A stretch of DNA of 58,613 nt, the filler included, from an uncultured bacterium (GTDB lineage Bacteria; Armatimonadota; Abditibacteriia; Abditibacteriales; Abditibacteriaceae): assembly GCA_963843795.1 (NCBI GenBank). It is 4 parts of 4 records of this genome, joined end to end, with 100 filler letters (N's around TTAATTAATTAA, not from the genome) between each part and the next. Parts side by side here need not be neighbours in the genome. Positions count along the whole stretch, not along the records: positions 12,378 to 31,058 come from CAWJLW010000002.1; 3 more parts are not named here. One strand, written 5' to 3'. The notes beneath the pieces were generated by a model. It was given only the letters and a program-made list of their open reading frames with translations. It made no database searches and was not told where the DNA came from. Made by a program: the position numbers and the translations under genes. Numbering within the stretch: position 1 is the first letter of the stretch; every line of letters starts with the position of its first letter. Below are positions 20,064-29,951 of this stretch, piece after piece.

Positions 20064-21062
20064 TCAATGTTCTCCACCCTTTGGCGTGGAAAAAACAATA
20101 ATCTCCGACTCGTGCGGCGTGTCGCCGTGCTGTTCCCGTTGGTGGCGCATTTCTTCTTCAAACGGTTCGGCGTGAACAATCACATCGGCATTGGGTAACG
20201 CCTGACGAATCGCTTGCTCGATCTCTTCGGCGATGGCGTGCGCCGCGACGAGGGTCAATTCATCAGCGAGCAGAATATGCATATCCACCAGAGGGCGCGA
20301 ACCGGCGCGCCGCGTTCGTAAACGGTGATAGCCCAGCACTCGCTGGTCGCTTTCCAGAATCTGCGCGAGACACGCCGCTTCATCGGTGGGCAGGCTTTCA
20401 TCAAGCAGCGGTCGCAGCGTTTCGCGCAACAGGCGCAGCGCATACACAGCGCCCAGTAGCGTCATCACAGCGGCGACAATCGGGTCGAGGCGCGGCTCTT
20501 TGGTCACGCCTACCAAGACTAACCCGCCCAGCAATCCGACACACGCCAGCAGGTCGCTTTTAAGATGCGTCGCTTCGGCTTCGAGCGCCTGCGAGCCGGT
20601 TTCACGGGCCACCGCATACAAACGACGCGAAACAAACGTGTTGGCAATTACCGCCACGATCAAGGCCGCGATGCCGTAATCGAGACGCGGCATGACCGGA
20701 TGTTGCCAGCGCGACCACGCCGCCGACAGCAAGTAAGCGGCGGTGCCGAGGATGAGAAGCATTTGCGCCATTGAAACCAGATTCTCGAACTTGCCGTGTC
20801 CGTAGGGATGCTCTTCGTCCGGCGGAGCCGCCGCCGCGCGAATCGTCAGCACAATCAACAGCGAAGCCACCACGTCCACGGTGGATTGAAGCCCTTCGGC
20901 CAGCACACTGATGGAACCCGAAGCCAGACCTGCGCTGATTTTGAGTAGCACCAGAAAAATGTTCGACCCCAACGAAAGCCGCGCCGCCGCCTGCTGCCGC
21001 GCCGTCACATCAGAAGCCGTTCCGTTCAGCATCGTTGGGTTTTGTGTTGTTGGAGTGTGCAT
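20064..21062 (-). CDS. Cation diffusion facilitator (FieF-like)
   Basis: PPDEEHPYGHGKFENL, ALEAEATHLKSD, LRTRRAGS, AHAIAEEIE...VIVHAEP; start uncertain. Confidence 0.9.
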   Translation of the reverse strand: MHTPTTQNPTMLNGTASDVTARQQAAARLSLGSNIFLVLLKISAGLASGSISVLAEGLQSTVDVVASLLIVLTIRAAAAPPDEEHPYGHGKFENLVSMAQMLLILGTAAYLLSAAWSRWQHPVMPRLDYGIAALIVAVIANTFVSRRLYAVARETGSQALEAEATHLKSDLLACVGLLGGLVLVGVTKEPRLDPIVAAVMTLLGAVYALRLLRETLRPLLDESLPTDEAACLAQILESDQRVLGYHRLRTRRAGSRPLVDMHILLADELTLVAAHAIAEEIEQAIRQALPNADVIVHAEPFEEEMRHQREQHGDTPHESEIIVFSTPKGGEH

Positions 21063-21154
21063 AAAGTACGGTCGAAATAAGAAATTCCGTTTGGCTGGAT
21101 GAGGGGAGTGTTCGAGCGTATCCAAGCGTTCTGGGCAGCGCAACGAGGCGCGGT

Positions 21155-21388
21155 TTAGCGTCGGCGTTTCCGTCGCTGTTGGCGATTTCCCTCTTTGGGG
21201 TGGCGCGACGTGTCGAGGGGCTGGAGCAGCTTGCCCCATTGCTTCCAGCCGAGACACACCGCGCCAAAGGCGACGGGAATGGAAACGGCGGCTATTTGTC
21301 CCAGCGAAAAGCCCATCAGTTGCATCGGCTTGGCGACTATCACAAGGGCGATGCAAAAGAAGAAAAGTGCGACTTCGATTTTGTGCAT
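21155..21388 (-). CDS. Small hypothetical membrane protein
   Basis: Two hydrophobic segments and a basic tail, co-oriented with the operon. Confidence 0.45.
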   Translation of the reverse strand: MHKIEVALFFFCIALVIVAKPMQLMGFSLGQIAAVSIPVAFGAVCLGWKQWGKLLQPLDTSRHPKEGNRQQRRKRRR

Positions 21389-21507
21389 GATAAAAAAACG
21401 TGCTGCCAACTGCGGCGCAAAAGTACGCCTGATTTCAGGCTTACTTCTGCTATGCCGCCACGCTGCAAGTACTTTGTGAGTACTCACAGCGCGACGGCGC
21501 TCGGTCA

Positions 21508-21846
21508 TTAAACATCGGCTTCGCTCGCGTGCTTGTCACACTCGGCAGCGCATTTTTCGCACGCCGCCGCGCACTGCTTGCAATGCTCGTGGTCGTGCTG
21601 GCTGCACTCCATCGCGCATTCGCGGCAGATGTGAGCGCACAGCTTGGCGAAGTCGCCGTGATGCGCCGAATGGCGCGCCATCGCGCCCAAGGTCGCTTCA
21701 CAAATGGCGGCGCAGTCGAGGCACAGCAACGCGCATTCGACCATATTGCCTTCGCGGATGTCGTGTCCAGCGCAGTGCTGGCACTGGTGCAGGCACTCTT
21801 CGAGCGCCTCAATGCAGCTATCCATTTCGGTGGTTTCGTTTTCCAT
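21508..21846 (-). CDS. Four-helix-bundle Cys-rich copper-storage protein (DUF326/Csp3-like)
   Basis: Repeated CxxxCxxC motifs, H.HEHC.QCA.AC..CA.EC; AGGAGG RBS. Confidence 0.9.
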   Translation of the reverse strand: MENETTEMDSCIEALEECLHQCQHCAGHDIREGNMVECALLCLDCAAICEATLGAMARHSAHHGDFAKLCAHICRECAMECSQHDHEHCKQCAAACEKCAAECDKHASEADV

Positions 21847-21876
21847 TTCTATCACCTCCTCGGTTTCAAAATATCG

Positions 21877-22608
21877 CTAAGCAACCATTCCCAAAATCAG
21901 GAACAGTAGAAAGCCAACAAAAAACATCGCGGTCAAGAGCGGCGATTCGGCTTCTTCGTGCGCTTCGGTCAACAATTCTTCGGTGACTAAAAACATCAAG
22001 GCAGCCAGACCGAACGACAATACCAATTCGAGCCACTCACCACTCAAATGAGCAAACAGCGTCGCGCCGCCGACCGCGCCGACCAAAAACAATAGCGATA
22101 GGCCCGCCACGATAGCGACGTTTTTGCCGCGTGGTGTGCCGCTTCCGTTCAACGAGGAAGCCGTCGCCAGACCCAGCGATAACAATTCGGTCGCCAGCGC
22201 CAAAGTCAGCAAGATGCCTTCTTTGTGTCCCGCCGTGAAGCCGATACCCAGCAACAATCCATCAATCACGATGTCCACACCGACACCAAACAGCAATCTG
22301 GTCGAAACGGCGGCGGCGCTCTTTTCGGAACTGCCATCTTTGGTCTTGCGCTCGTTCCACACGCGCAGTCCCAGCGGAACGGCGACGCCCAAAGCAAAGC
22401 CGATGGCGACTTCGAGCGGGCGATGGCGTTCGACGATGTCGGGCAACAGTTCGACCGCCACGACCGAAAACACCACACCCGCCGCGAAATGCAAAATCGC
22501 GCTACGCCACTGCGCGTTCGGCTCACGCCACGCGGCGATGGCGCCGCCGATGCTCATCGTTGCCACCGGCAACAGCGAAAACAGAAAAATTTGCCAGAAC
22601 AAGTTCAT
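21877..22608 (-). CDS. ZIP-family metal transporter (ZupT-like)
   Basis: HFAAGVVFSVVAVELLP, VDIVIDGLLLGIG, LVTEELLTEAHE. Confidence 0.85.
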   Translation of the reverse strand: MNLFWQIFLFSLLPVATMSIGGAIAAWREPNAQWRSAILHFAAGVVFSVVAVELLPDIVERHRPLEVAIGFALGVAVPLGLRVWNERKTKDGSSEKSAAAVSTRLLFGVGVDIVIDGLLLGIGFTAGHKEGILLTLALATELLSLGLATASSLNGSGTPRGKNVAIVAGLSLLFLVGAVGGATLFAHLSGEWLELVLSFGLAALMFLVTEELLTEAHEEAESPLLTAMFFVGFLLFLILGMVA

Positions 22609-22612
22609 GTGG

Positions 22613-22837
22613 TTAGCGTGCCTTCTGCCGCGAAGCCAGCCAGACGCCCAAACCGATTTCCAGCACGCTCAACCAGCGCGTTACACCAGGTCGCTGCACG
22701 AACTCGCGCATCACGTTTTGATACGATTGTGGCCCTTTTTCCCACAGCCGGTTATGCCGGTCGGGGTCGAGCAGCGCCACTACGCCATCACCAATGAGGA
22801 CGATAGCCAGCGATTCTCTCAACCGTTTGCTTCCCAT
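22613..22837 (-). CDS. Small hypothetical membrane protein
   Basis: RLRESLAIVLIGDGVVALLDP.RH..LW..GP; RBS present; packed between czcA and the ZIP gene. Confidence 0.7.
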   Translation of the reverse strand: MGSKRLRESLAIVLIGDGVVALLDPDRHNRLWEKGPQSYQNVMREFVQRPGVTRWLSVLEIGLGVWLASRQKAR

Positions 22838-22848
22838 AAGTTCCCCTT

Positions 22849-25800
22849 TCAAATTTCCACTTCAACCGCCTCGTCCTTCTCGAACCAGTTATACAGCGTC
22901 GGCAAGACGAATAGCGTCAGCAAAGTACTTGTGATCAGGCCGCCGATAACCACCGTCGCCAGCGGCTTTTGTACATCCGCGCCCGCGCCGTGCGCCAGCG
23001 CCATCGGAATGAAGCCGATGCTCGCTACGGTCGCCGTCATCAAAACCGGACGCAAGCGCGTTTCACAACCGCGCTCCACCGCTTCACGCAACGGCACTCC
23101 CTCGCGGCGCAGTTCGTTGATAAAAGTCACCAAAACCACGCCGTTGAGCACAGCCACGCCGAACAGGGCGATAAAACCGATGCCCGCCGACATCGAGAAC
23201 GCCAGCCCGCGTATCCACAGCGCCAGAATGCCGCCCGTGACCGCGAACGGGATGCCGGTGAAGACCAGAATCGCCTGTTTCAAGCTGCCGAACGTGGTGA
23301 AGAGCAACAGGAAAATTACCGCGAACGTGATCGGCACCACGATCATCAGGCGCGCGCGGCCACTCTGCAACTTCTCGTAGGTGCCGCCGTATTCCAGACG
23401 GTAGCCCGGCGGCAGTTTCACGTTCTGGTCAACGCGTTTTTTCAGCGTTTCCACGACGGTGCCCAGATCGCTGCCGCGCACGTTCATCTGAATCACGTTG
23501 CGGCCCTCGCCGTTTTCGCGCGAGAGTTGAACGGGGCCAACGGTCTCCACGATGTCGGCGAGTTGCCCCATCGGCACGTCGGGGCCACCTGGCGAATGAA
23601 CCAGGATGCGCCCGATGGAGGCGGCATCGGCGCGAAATTCGGGCGCCAGACGCACCACGAGCGGAAAGCGCCGGTTGCCCTCGATTATGGTCGAGGCTTC
23701 TTTGCCGCCCAATGCGATCTCAATTACGTCGTTGACATCGCCGATGCTCAGTCCGTGCCGCGCCACTTCGTCGCGGTTGATCTGAATGTCCAAAAGCGGC
23801 AAACCCGCCGTCGTTTCAACGCTCACGTCCACGGCGCCCGTGACTTGGCGCGCCTGGGCCGCGATTTGGTCGGCAATTTTGCTGCGCACGTCGCGGTCGG
23901 GGCCAAACAGCTTAATGCCGACTTCGCCTCGGATGCCCACGCCCTCGATCAGCTCGTTCATTCGCATCTCGATGGGCTGCGACATCGAAGCGCCCACGCC
24001 TGGCAATCCTTCCAGAACCTCGGACATCTTCTCGACCAACTCTTCTTTGTTGGCCACCTCTTTCCAGCCGTCTTGCGGCTTGAGCGAGACCAGAATATCG
24101 GCCTGCGACACCAGCATCGGATCGGTCGCCAGTTCGGGGCGCCCGATCCGGCTGATGATGGTGTCGATCTCGTTGGGAAACTTCTTTTTGAGTTCGCCTT
24201 CCAAAACCTTCTGACGCTTGACGGTTTCCTCCAGCGAAATGCTCGGCGGGTAAGCGCCCGAAATCGCTATCGAACCTTCGTCCAGTTTGGGAATGAACTC
24301 GCTGCCCAGCAGCGGGAATATCGCCACGCATGCCACGAAAAACGCCGTCGCGCCCGCTGCCGTCAACACGCGATTATTCATCACGCGCTGCAAAACCGGC
24401 ACATAGGCCACGCGCAATTTCTCCAAAACCGGATTGTGCTTTTCCACTTTGACGTTGAGGAACTGCGCGCACAACGCCGGAATCAAGGTCAGCGAAATCA
24501 CGATGGCGCCCAGCAGCGCGATGATCACCGTCTGGCCCATGGGACGGAACATTTTGCCCTCGATGCCGACCAGCGTCAGAATCGGGATGTAGGCCGCGAT
24601 GATGATGAAGGTACCGAAAATCGCCGGTTGCAACACTTCCATCGCCGCCTGAGAAATCAGCCCCTCGCGCTCCGGCTGCGTCAGGTCGCGGCCCATCTCT
24701 TTGCGCCGCTCGCTCAACAATCGGATCGCGTTTTCGACGATAATCACCGCCCCATCTACGATCAATCCAAAGTCAACGGCGCCCAGACTCATCAGGTTGG
24801 CCGAGATTTTGAAGTAGTTCATGCCGATCAAAGCGATCATCATGGCGAGCGGAATCGCGCTCGACACGATGAGGCCCGCGCGCAGTTGCAGCAGGAACAG
24901 GAACAGCACCACGATCACCAGAACGCCGCCTTCGATCAGGTTGCGTTGCGCGGTTCCGATGGCGCGCCCGATCAGCTCGGAGCGGTCGAGAAAGCCGTTG
25001 AGTTCCAGGCCAGGCGGCAAAGTTTTCTTGATCTCCTCAACCTTATCTTTGACCCGATTCACCACGACGCGCCCGTTTTCATCGAGCAGCAAAAGCGTGA
25101 TGGCATAGACCTGTTCGCCCTCACCGTTGCGCGTCAGAGCGCCCTGACGCACCGCCGCGCCAAAGCCGACATCAGCCACGTCGCGGACTTTGACCGGCAC
25201 GCCCTTTTCGGCGCGAATCACGATATTGCGAATATCGTCCAGACTCTTGACCAGACCCGAACCGCGAATTAACTGCTGCTCGGCGCCCTTGACGACGTAG
25301 GCGCCGCCCGCGTTTTGGTTACCGCGTTCGAGCGCCGTCAAGACTTCGCGCACGTCAATATCGCGCGCCGCTAATTTGGCCGGATCAAGCGCGACCTGAT
25401 ACTGTTTGGCCTCGCCGCCAAAGGTGTTGACCTCGGCCAGACCAGGCACGGTTCTCAGCAGGGGCGCGACCTGCCAATCCATGATGGTGCGGCGCTCCAT
25501 CAGCGAATATTCTTTGCCGCTACCAGGCACGTTATCGAGCGAGATATAGTAAATCTCGCCCAATCCGGTCGAAACCGGCGACAGGTCAACGCCCGCTCCT
25601 GCGGGCAGCTCTTCGCGCACTTCGTTGATGCGCTCGTTGACCAGTTGGCGCGCAAAGTAGATGTCCACGTCGTCCTCGAAGATGACGGTGACTTGCGACA
25701 AACCGAACTGCGAGATCGAGCGCGTTTCCATGCGGCGCGGCAGGCTGGACATGGCAATTTCGAGCGGGAAAGTGATTTGCCGTTCGATGTCCTCCGGCCC

Positions 25801-25968
25801 CAGCGAGGGCGCTTTGACGTTGATCTGCACCTGCTTGTTGGTCACGTCGGGCACGGCGTCAATCGGCAATAGCGTCGCTGAATAGGCGCCGTAAATCAGC
25901 AGTAAAATCGCGGCGATGAAGACGAAGACGCGCTGGCGAATCGAGAATTGAAGGATTTTTTCAATCAT
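22849..25968 (-). CDS. czcA: CusA/CzcA heavy-metal RND permease
   Basis: LPIDAVPDVTNKQVQIN, ANLMSLGAVDFGLIVDGAVIIVEN, EGKMFRPM, RLRPVLMTA. Confidence 0.96.
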   Translation of the reverse strand: MIEKILQFSIRQRVFVFIAAILLLIYGAYSATLLPIDAVPDVTNKQVQINVKAPSLGPEDIERQITFPLEIAMSSLPRRMETRSISQFGLSQVTVIFEDDVDIYFARQLVNERINEVREELPAGAGVDLSPVSTGLGEIYYISLDNVPGSGKEYSLMERRTIMDWQVAPLLRTVPGLAEVNTFGGEAKQYQVALDPAKLAARDIDVREVLTALERGNQNAGGAYVVKGAEQQLIRGSGLVKSLDDIRNIVIRAEKGVPVKVRDVADVGFGAAVRQGALTRNGEGEQVYAITLLLLDENGRVVVNRVKDKVEEIKKTLPPGLELNGFLDRSELIGRAIGTAQRNLIEGGVLVIVVLFLFLLQLRAGLIVSSAIPLAMMIALIGMNYFKISANLMSLGAVDFGLIVDGAVIIVENAIRLLSERRKEMGRDLTQPEREGLISQAAMEVLQPAIFGTFIIIAAYIPILTLVGIEGKMFRPMGQTVIIALLGAIVISLTLIPALCAQFLNVKVEKHNPVLEKLRVAYVPVLQRVMNNRVLTAAGATAFFVACVAIFPLLGSEFIPKLDEGSIAISGAYPPSISLEETVKRQKVLEGELKKKFPNEIDTIISRIGRPELATDPMLVSQADILVSLKPQDGWKEVANKEELVEKMSEVLEGLPGVGASMSQPIEMRMNELIEGVGIRGEVGIKLFGPDRDVRSKIADQIAAQARQVTGAVDVSVETTAGLPLLDIQINRDEVARHGLSIGDVNDVIEIALGGKEASTIIEGNRRFPLVVRLAPEFRADAASIGRILVHSPGGPDVPMGQLADIVETVGPVQLSRENGEGRNVIQMNVRGSDLGTVVETLKKRVDQNVKLPPGYRLEYGGTYEKLQSGRARLMIVVPITFAVIFLLLFTTFGSLKQAILVFTGIPFAVTGGILALWIRGLAFSMSAGIGFIALFGVAVLNGVVLVTFINELRREGVPLREAVERGCETRLRPVLMTATVASIGFIPMALAHGAGADVQKPLATVVIGGLITSTLLTLFVLPTLYNWFEKDEAVEVEI

Positions 25969-25970
25969 GA

Positions 25971-28169
25971 TTATTCCTCCGCCAGTTCGCTTTTCATGGC
26001 CTGAGACTTCACCACGAACGCGCCCTGAGTTACAATTTTCTCGCCGGGCTTGAGGCCGCTTTGGATTTCGGTCACGCCGCGCGCCGTCGCGCCGGTTTTT
26101 ACCTCACGCGCCGCAAATTCGTTGGCTTTTCCGGTTGTCACGAAGACCACCGTTTTGTCCTCCATCGTCTGCACCGCATCCGAGGGCACGCTGACGCCGA
26201 GCTTTCCGGTCTGTGCCGCGATTTGGCCGCGCGCGAACATTCCGGGCCGCAGTTGGCCGCGATTATTCAAGATGGCGCGCGCCGTGAGCGTGCGCGTTTC
26301 GGGGTCGAGTTGCGAACCCAAAAAGGTGATGCGTCCGTTGAAGGTGCGACCGGGAAACGCATCGACGGTCGCCGTGACTGGTGCGCCGCTGCGCACGCGC
26401 GCGAAATCTTTTTCGTAAATCGCCGCTTCGACCGCGACCGTATCCAAATTGACAATCGTCATCAACTGCTTATCGGCTTCGATGGTTTCGCCACTTGACA
26501 CATCGCGGCTTTGCACCACGCCGCCCAGCGGCGCACGAATCGGCACGCTGGCGCTGCCATTGGGCGAACTTTTGAACAAAGCCAGAGCCGCGCGCGCCGC
26601 GCGGAGTTCGGCGCGCGCGGCGTTATAGGTACTTTGCGCGGCCTGCACTTGCGCGATGTTGTTGAGGTTCTGCCCCAGAATGCGCTTTTCGCGCGCGTAA
26701 GCGGCATCCGCGACTTCCAGGGTTTGACGCGCTTTGGTCAGCGCGTTCTGGGCGTTCTCCGCCGTGCTTTGCGCCTGAGAAACTTCGCGCCGGTTGGCGA
26801 TGTTTTGTCCAAAAGTCGCCCGTTCACGAGACAGGGCGATGCCCGCCAAACGCACGCTTTCCTGGGCGCGTTTGAGTTCGGCGTTGCGGGTGCGCACATC
26901 GGCCTGCGCCGTCGCCAATGCGCTTTGGGCCGCGCCGATTTCGGCAGTTCCCGCCACGTTCGAAGCCGCCAATTTCTGCTGCCGTTCCAATTCCTGCTGC
27001 GCGGTGGCTTCGTCGGTCTGCGCGGTTTCCAGTCGCGCCGTCGCGGTATCAAACGCCTGCTGCGCCGCTTCCAAATCGCGCTGCGATACCAGACCTTCGG
27101 CAGACAATGATTTGGCGCGCGCAAGATTGGCGCGCGTGGTGGCCACTTCGCTTTGGGCCGCGCCGCGCGAAGAACGCGCCGCGACCAAAGCACGCTGCGC
27201 TTCCTGCACCGGACGCGAAACATAAGCGCCACCGGCAGCGAGTTGGCGGCGGCGTTCGAGTTCCTGCTCCGTCGCTTCGACGCTGGCGCGCGCGTTGGTC
27301 AAAGCGGCTTCGGTGCTGCGTTGGGCTTCGGTGGCCGCTGCGGATTGGGCGCGCGCGGCTTCGAGCGCGGGACTGGCATAAGTGCCCAATTTCGCCTGGC
27401 GTTGCACGTTATCGAGCGTGACGCGCGCTTGACGTAAGGCGCTTTCCTGCGCGCGCACTTCGCCCTGCGCTTCGACTTGCGCCCGCCGCGCCGCTTCAAT
27501 TGGCGCGCGTGCGAAGACACCGGCGCGCGCCTGTTTGGTCACTACATTCAAATTCGATTGCGCGTTGTTGAAACCCGACATCGCCTGCTGATAGGCCGAT
27601 TGGGCTTCGCCGATGGCGCGACTTTCGACGGTCGCAAGTACTTGCCCTTGCGTGACGCGGTCGCCCTGCGACACATTCAGCCGCGTGATGCGGCCCGGCA
27701 CGAGGGAGGCCACGCGCGCCACGCCGTTGGGATCGGTCGCGATCTGTCCGTTGAACGGCACGCCGGTCGCCAGTTGCGAAATTGTCACCGCGCGCACCTG
27801 CAAACCGGCCAGTCGTGCCGATTCGTCGTCGAATTGCACGGTTTGTACGGCGGATGAATCGGCTTCACCTGAGGTATCGGCTTCACCATCAGGCGCGGCG
27901 CTCACCGTCTCTCCGCTTTCACTGCTGGTGGCAATCGTTGCGCTTTCGGGCGCCGAACGGCGACCGATGGCAAAAGCCGCTAAGCCGATGACCAGCGCGC
28001 CAAAAACCAACGGCACTACCGTATTTTTCTTGGGACGCGACACCATCGTCGCTACTTTTGGTGTTGGCGAAGTTTGGGAAGGTAAAGTTTCGAGAGTTGA
28101 AGTTTCGGAAGGCAAAGTTTCGTCTGCGGGCATCGGGTCAAAGGGTGTTTCGGAATGGGGAGAACTCAT
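25971..28169 (-). CDS. czcB: RND periplasmic adaptor with greatly extended alpha-hairpin
   Basis: Lipoyl halves (GRITRLNVSQGDRVTQGQVL; IRAPLGGVV), LDPETRTL...LRPGMFA; about 350 aa of coiled coil between the lipoyl halves. Confidence 0.9.
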   Translation of the reverse strand: MSSPHSETPFDPMPADETLPSETSTLETLPSQTSPTPKVATMVSRPKKNTVVPLVFGALVIGLAAFAIGRRSAPESATIATSSESGETVSAAPDGEADTSGEADSSAVQTVQFDDESARLAGLQVRAVTISQLATGVPFNGQIATDPNGVARVASLVPGRITRLNVSQGDRVTQGQVLATVESRAIGEAQSAYQQAMSGFNNAQSNLNVVTKQARAGVFARAPIEAARRAQVEAQGEVRAQESALRQARVTLDNVQRQAKLGTYASPALEAARAQSAAATEAQRSTEAALTNARASVEATEQELERRRQLAAGGAYVSRPVQEAQRALVAARSSRGAAQSEVATTRANLARAKSLSAEGLVSQRDLEAAQQAFDTATARLETAQTDEATAQQELERQQKLAASNVAGTAEIGAAQSALATAQADVRTRNAELKRAQESVRLAGIALSRERATFGQNIANRREVSQAQSTAENAQNALTKARQTLEVADAAYAREKRILGQNLNNIAQVQAAQSTYNAARAELRAARAALALFKSSPNGSASVPIRAPLGGVVQSRDVSSGETIEADKQLMTIVNLDTVAVEAAIYEKDFARVRSGAPVTATVDAFPGRTFNGRITFLGSQLDPETRTLTARAILNNRGQLRPGMFARGQIAAQTGKLGVSVPSDAVQTMEDKTVVFVTTGKANEFAAREVKTGATARGVTEIQSGLKPGEKIVTQGAFVVKSQAMKSELAEE

Positions 28170-29842
28170 GGTGTTTCACCGCCTTGCGGTGCGATGGGAC
28201 TGGTTTCTGTGGGTGTCGCGCCGAGCGGATTAAGGGGCGCGACCGTATTGGGTGGAATGGTGCCTGCGGGCACGGTGCCCGGCGCGGCGGTTCCAGGTGG
28301 AGCGACGGCACCGATGGGATTAGAAATTTCGCCGGTCAGCGAGGCCGGAAGCGTGGCGCCCAGCGCGCCTTCGAGTGCGGCTTCACCGGTGCGCGTGCCA
28401 ACAAGGGCTTGCAGATATTCGGTTTGCACTTGGCGCAAGGTGCGTTGCGCGTCCAGCACTTCGAGATAAGTCGAAGCGCCCTGCGCGTAACCGATTTGAG
28501 TTTTGCGTAACAAATCGAGCGTTTGCGGCACGATGCTGCTGCGATAGCGTTCGACGGTCTGGCGCTGCTGTTGCAATCGAATCAATGCCTGCTCGACTTG
28601 CGTCGCAGCCTGCTGTTGTAAAAGGGAAATCTGCGCTTCCTGCGCGCGCGCTTCGGCTTCCAAAGCGCGGCGTTCGCGCTTGTTGGAGCCGTAATCGAAG
28701 AGGGGAATCACCACGACGGCACGCAGGGCAGTCGAACTGTTGCCACCGAAAACGCTGCCCCGGCGCGCCTGAATTTCGATGTCGGGCCGCCGCTCGCGTG
28801 CAAGTACTTGCACCTGCGCGCGCCGCGCTTCCAAAACCGCCTGTGCGCCCACGATGTCGGGCCGCTGCAAAGCGCCGGGCAACAATTGAGAGCGTAAGCC
28901 GATCAAATCGCTGCCGACTTGCGAGGAAGCGCCGATAGTCGGCGTTTGCGGCGCCAGCGGAGGCGCAGCGAGGACCGGAACTTGTGGTGCGTTGTCGAGC
29001 GGCGGTGTCGCGGGAATGTTTCCCGGCGCGTTGGTCGCGGGAACGCCAGTAGCGGAAATTCCGGTGGTGTCCAAACGCAGTGGGGCGGAACGCAAACGCA
29101 GTAAATCCGCCAGTCCGGTCGCAAGCGGCAAGGCTACACGCAATGGAGTTTCCGGCGCTTGGCCGACAATCTGATTTAAAGCTGCGCGGCGTGCCAGACG
29201 CTCGGCTTGCGCCGTCGTCAAATCGTTTTGCACGCGCAGCAGTTCCAGATCGGCGCGCTGCACTTGCACGGGCGGCACGTCGCCCAGTTCGGCGCGGCGC
29301 GCGGCGGCATCGCGGAACAATTGCGCCACTTCGACCTGCACTTCGCCCAGCGTTTCGGCTTCCTGTGCGGCGAACAGATTGACGACGGCATTTTTTACCC
29401 CTACGACCAGCGAACGCTCGGCCAAAGTACTTTGGGATTCGGCAGCGCGCAGTTGCGCAGCCGCGACATTGCCGCGTGCGCGGCGTTTGCCGAACAAATC
29501 CAGCGGCTGCGACAGAATAATTTCTTCATCGCGCGCCTGGCGATTGCCGATGCCCGGCACGACTTGCAGAACCGGATTGCCCAGCGCGCGCGCTGCACCA
29601 ACCCGTTCGCGCGCGGCTTCAACGGTTTCGCGGGCAATTGGCAACTGCGGGTTACTTGCGATGGCAAGACGAATTAATTCATCCAGCGCGACTTGAGGTT
29701 CGGATGTGACCGGCGCAGCAACTTCGGCTGCGATTACCGGCACGGGCGGCGTATCTTGCGCCCCTGCGCTTTGTGCCACTGCGGGCACGACGAGAAAAAG
29801 ACTAGCCCACAAAACGGGGCTGCAACGAAATAAGTGAGACAA
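28166..29842 (-). CDS. czcC: TolC-family outer-membrane factor
   Basis: Two OEP repeats (LSQPLDLFGKRRAR; IPLFDYG; YAQGASTYLEVLDAQR); GGAGG RBS before TTG at 29842. Confidence 0.9.
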   Translation of the reverse strand: MSHLFRCSPVLWASLFLVVPAVAQSAGAQDTPPVPVIAAEVAAPVTSEPQVALDELIRLAIASNPQLPIARETVEAARERVGAARALGNPVLQVVPGIGNRQARDEEIILSQPLDLFGKRRARGNVAAAQLRAAESQSTLAERSLVVGVKNAVVNLFAAQEAETLGEVQVEVAQLFRDAAARRAELGDVPPVQVQRADLELLRVQNDLTTAQAERLARRAALNQIVGQAPETPLRVALPLATGLADLLRLRSAPLRLDTTGISATGVPATNAPGNIPATPPLDNAPQVPVLAAPPLAPQTPTIGASSQVGSDLIGLRSQLLPGALQRPDIVGAQAVLEARRAQVQVLARERRPDIEIQARRGSVFGGNSSTALRAVVVIPLFDYGSNKRERRALEAEARAQEAQISLLQQQAATQVEQALIRLQQQRQTVERYRSSIVPQTLDLLRKTQIGYAQGASTYLEVLDAQRTLRQVQTEYLQALVGTRTGEAALEGALGATLPASLTGEISNPIGAVAPPGTAAPGTVPAGTIPPNTVAPLNPLGATPTETSPIAPQGGETP

Positions 29843-29951
29843 GGAAAAACCTCCACATTTTGGCCAAAAAAGGGTGGCATCCGCGAAAAAGCAACGTAAG
29901 CGGACGCGATGAAACGCGCTCCGCAAGAGAAGTGTTGATTGCGGGCGCGAA

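Noticed and set aside
22124..25272. Long plus-strand ORFs of 418 and 767 aa
   Set aside because: Antisense shadows of czcA and the ZIP gene in GC-rich DNA; no recognisable domains.
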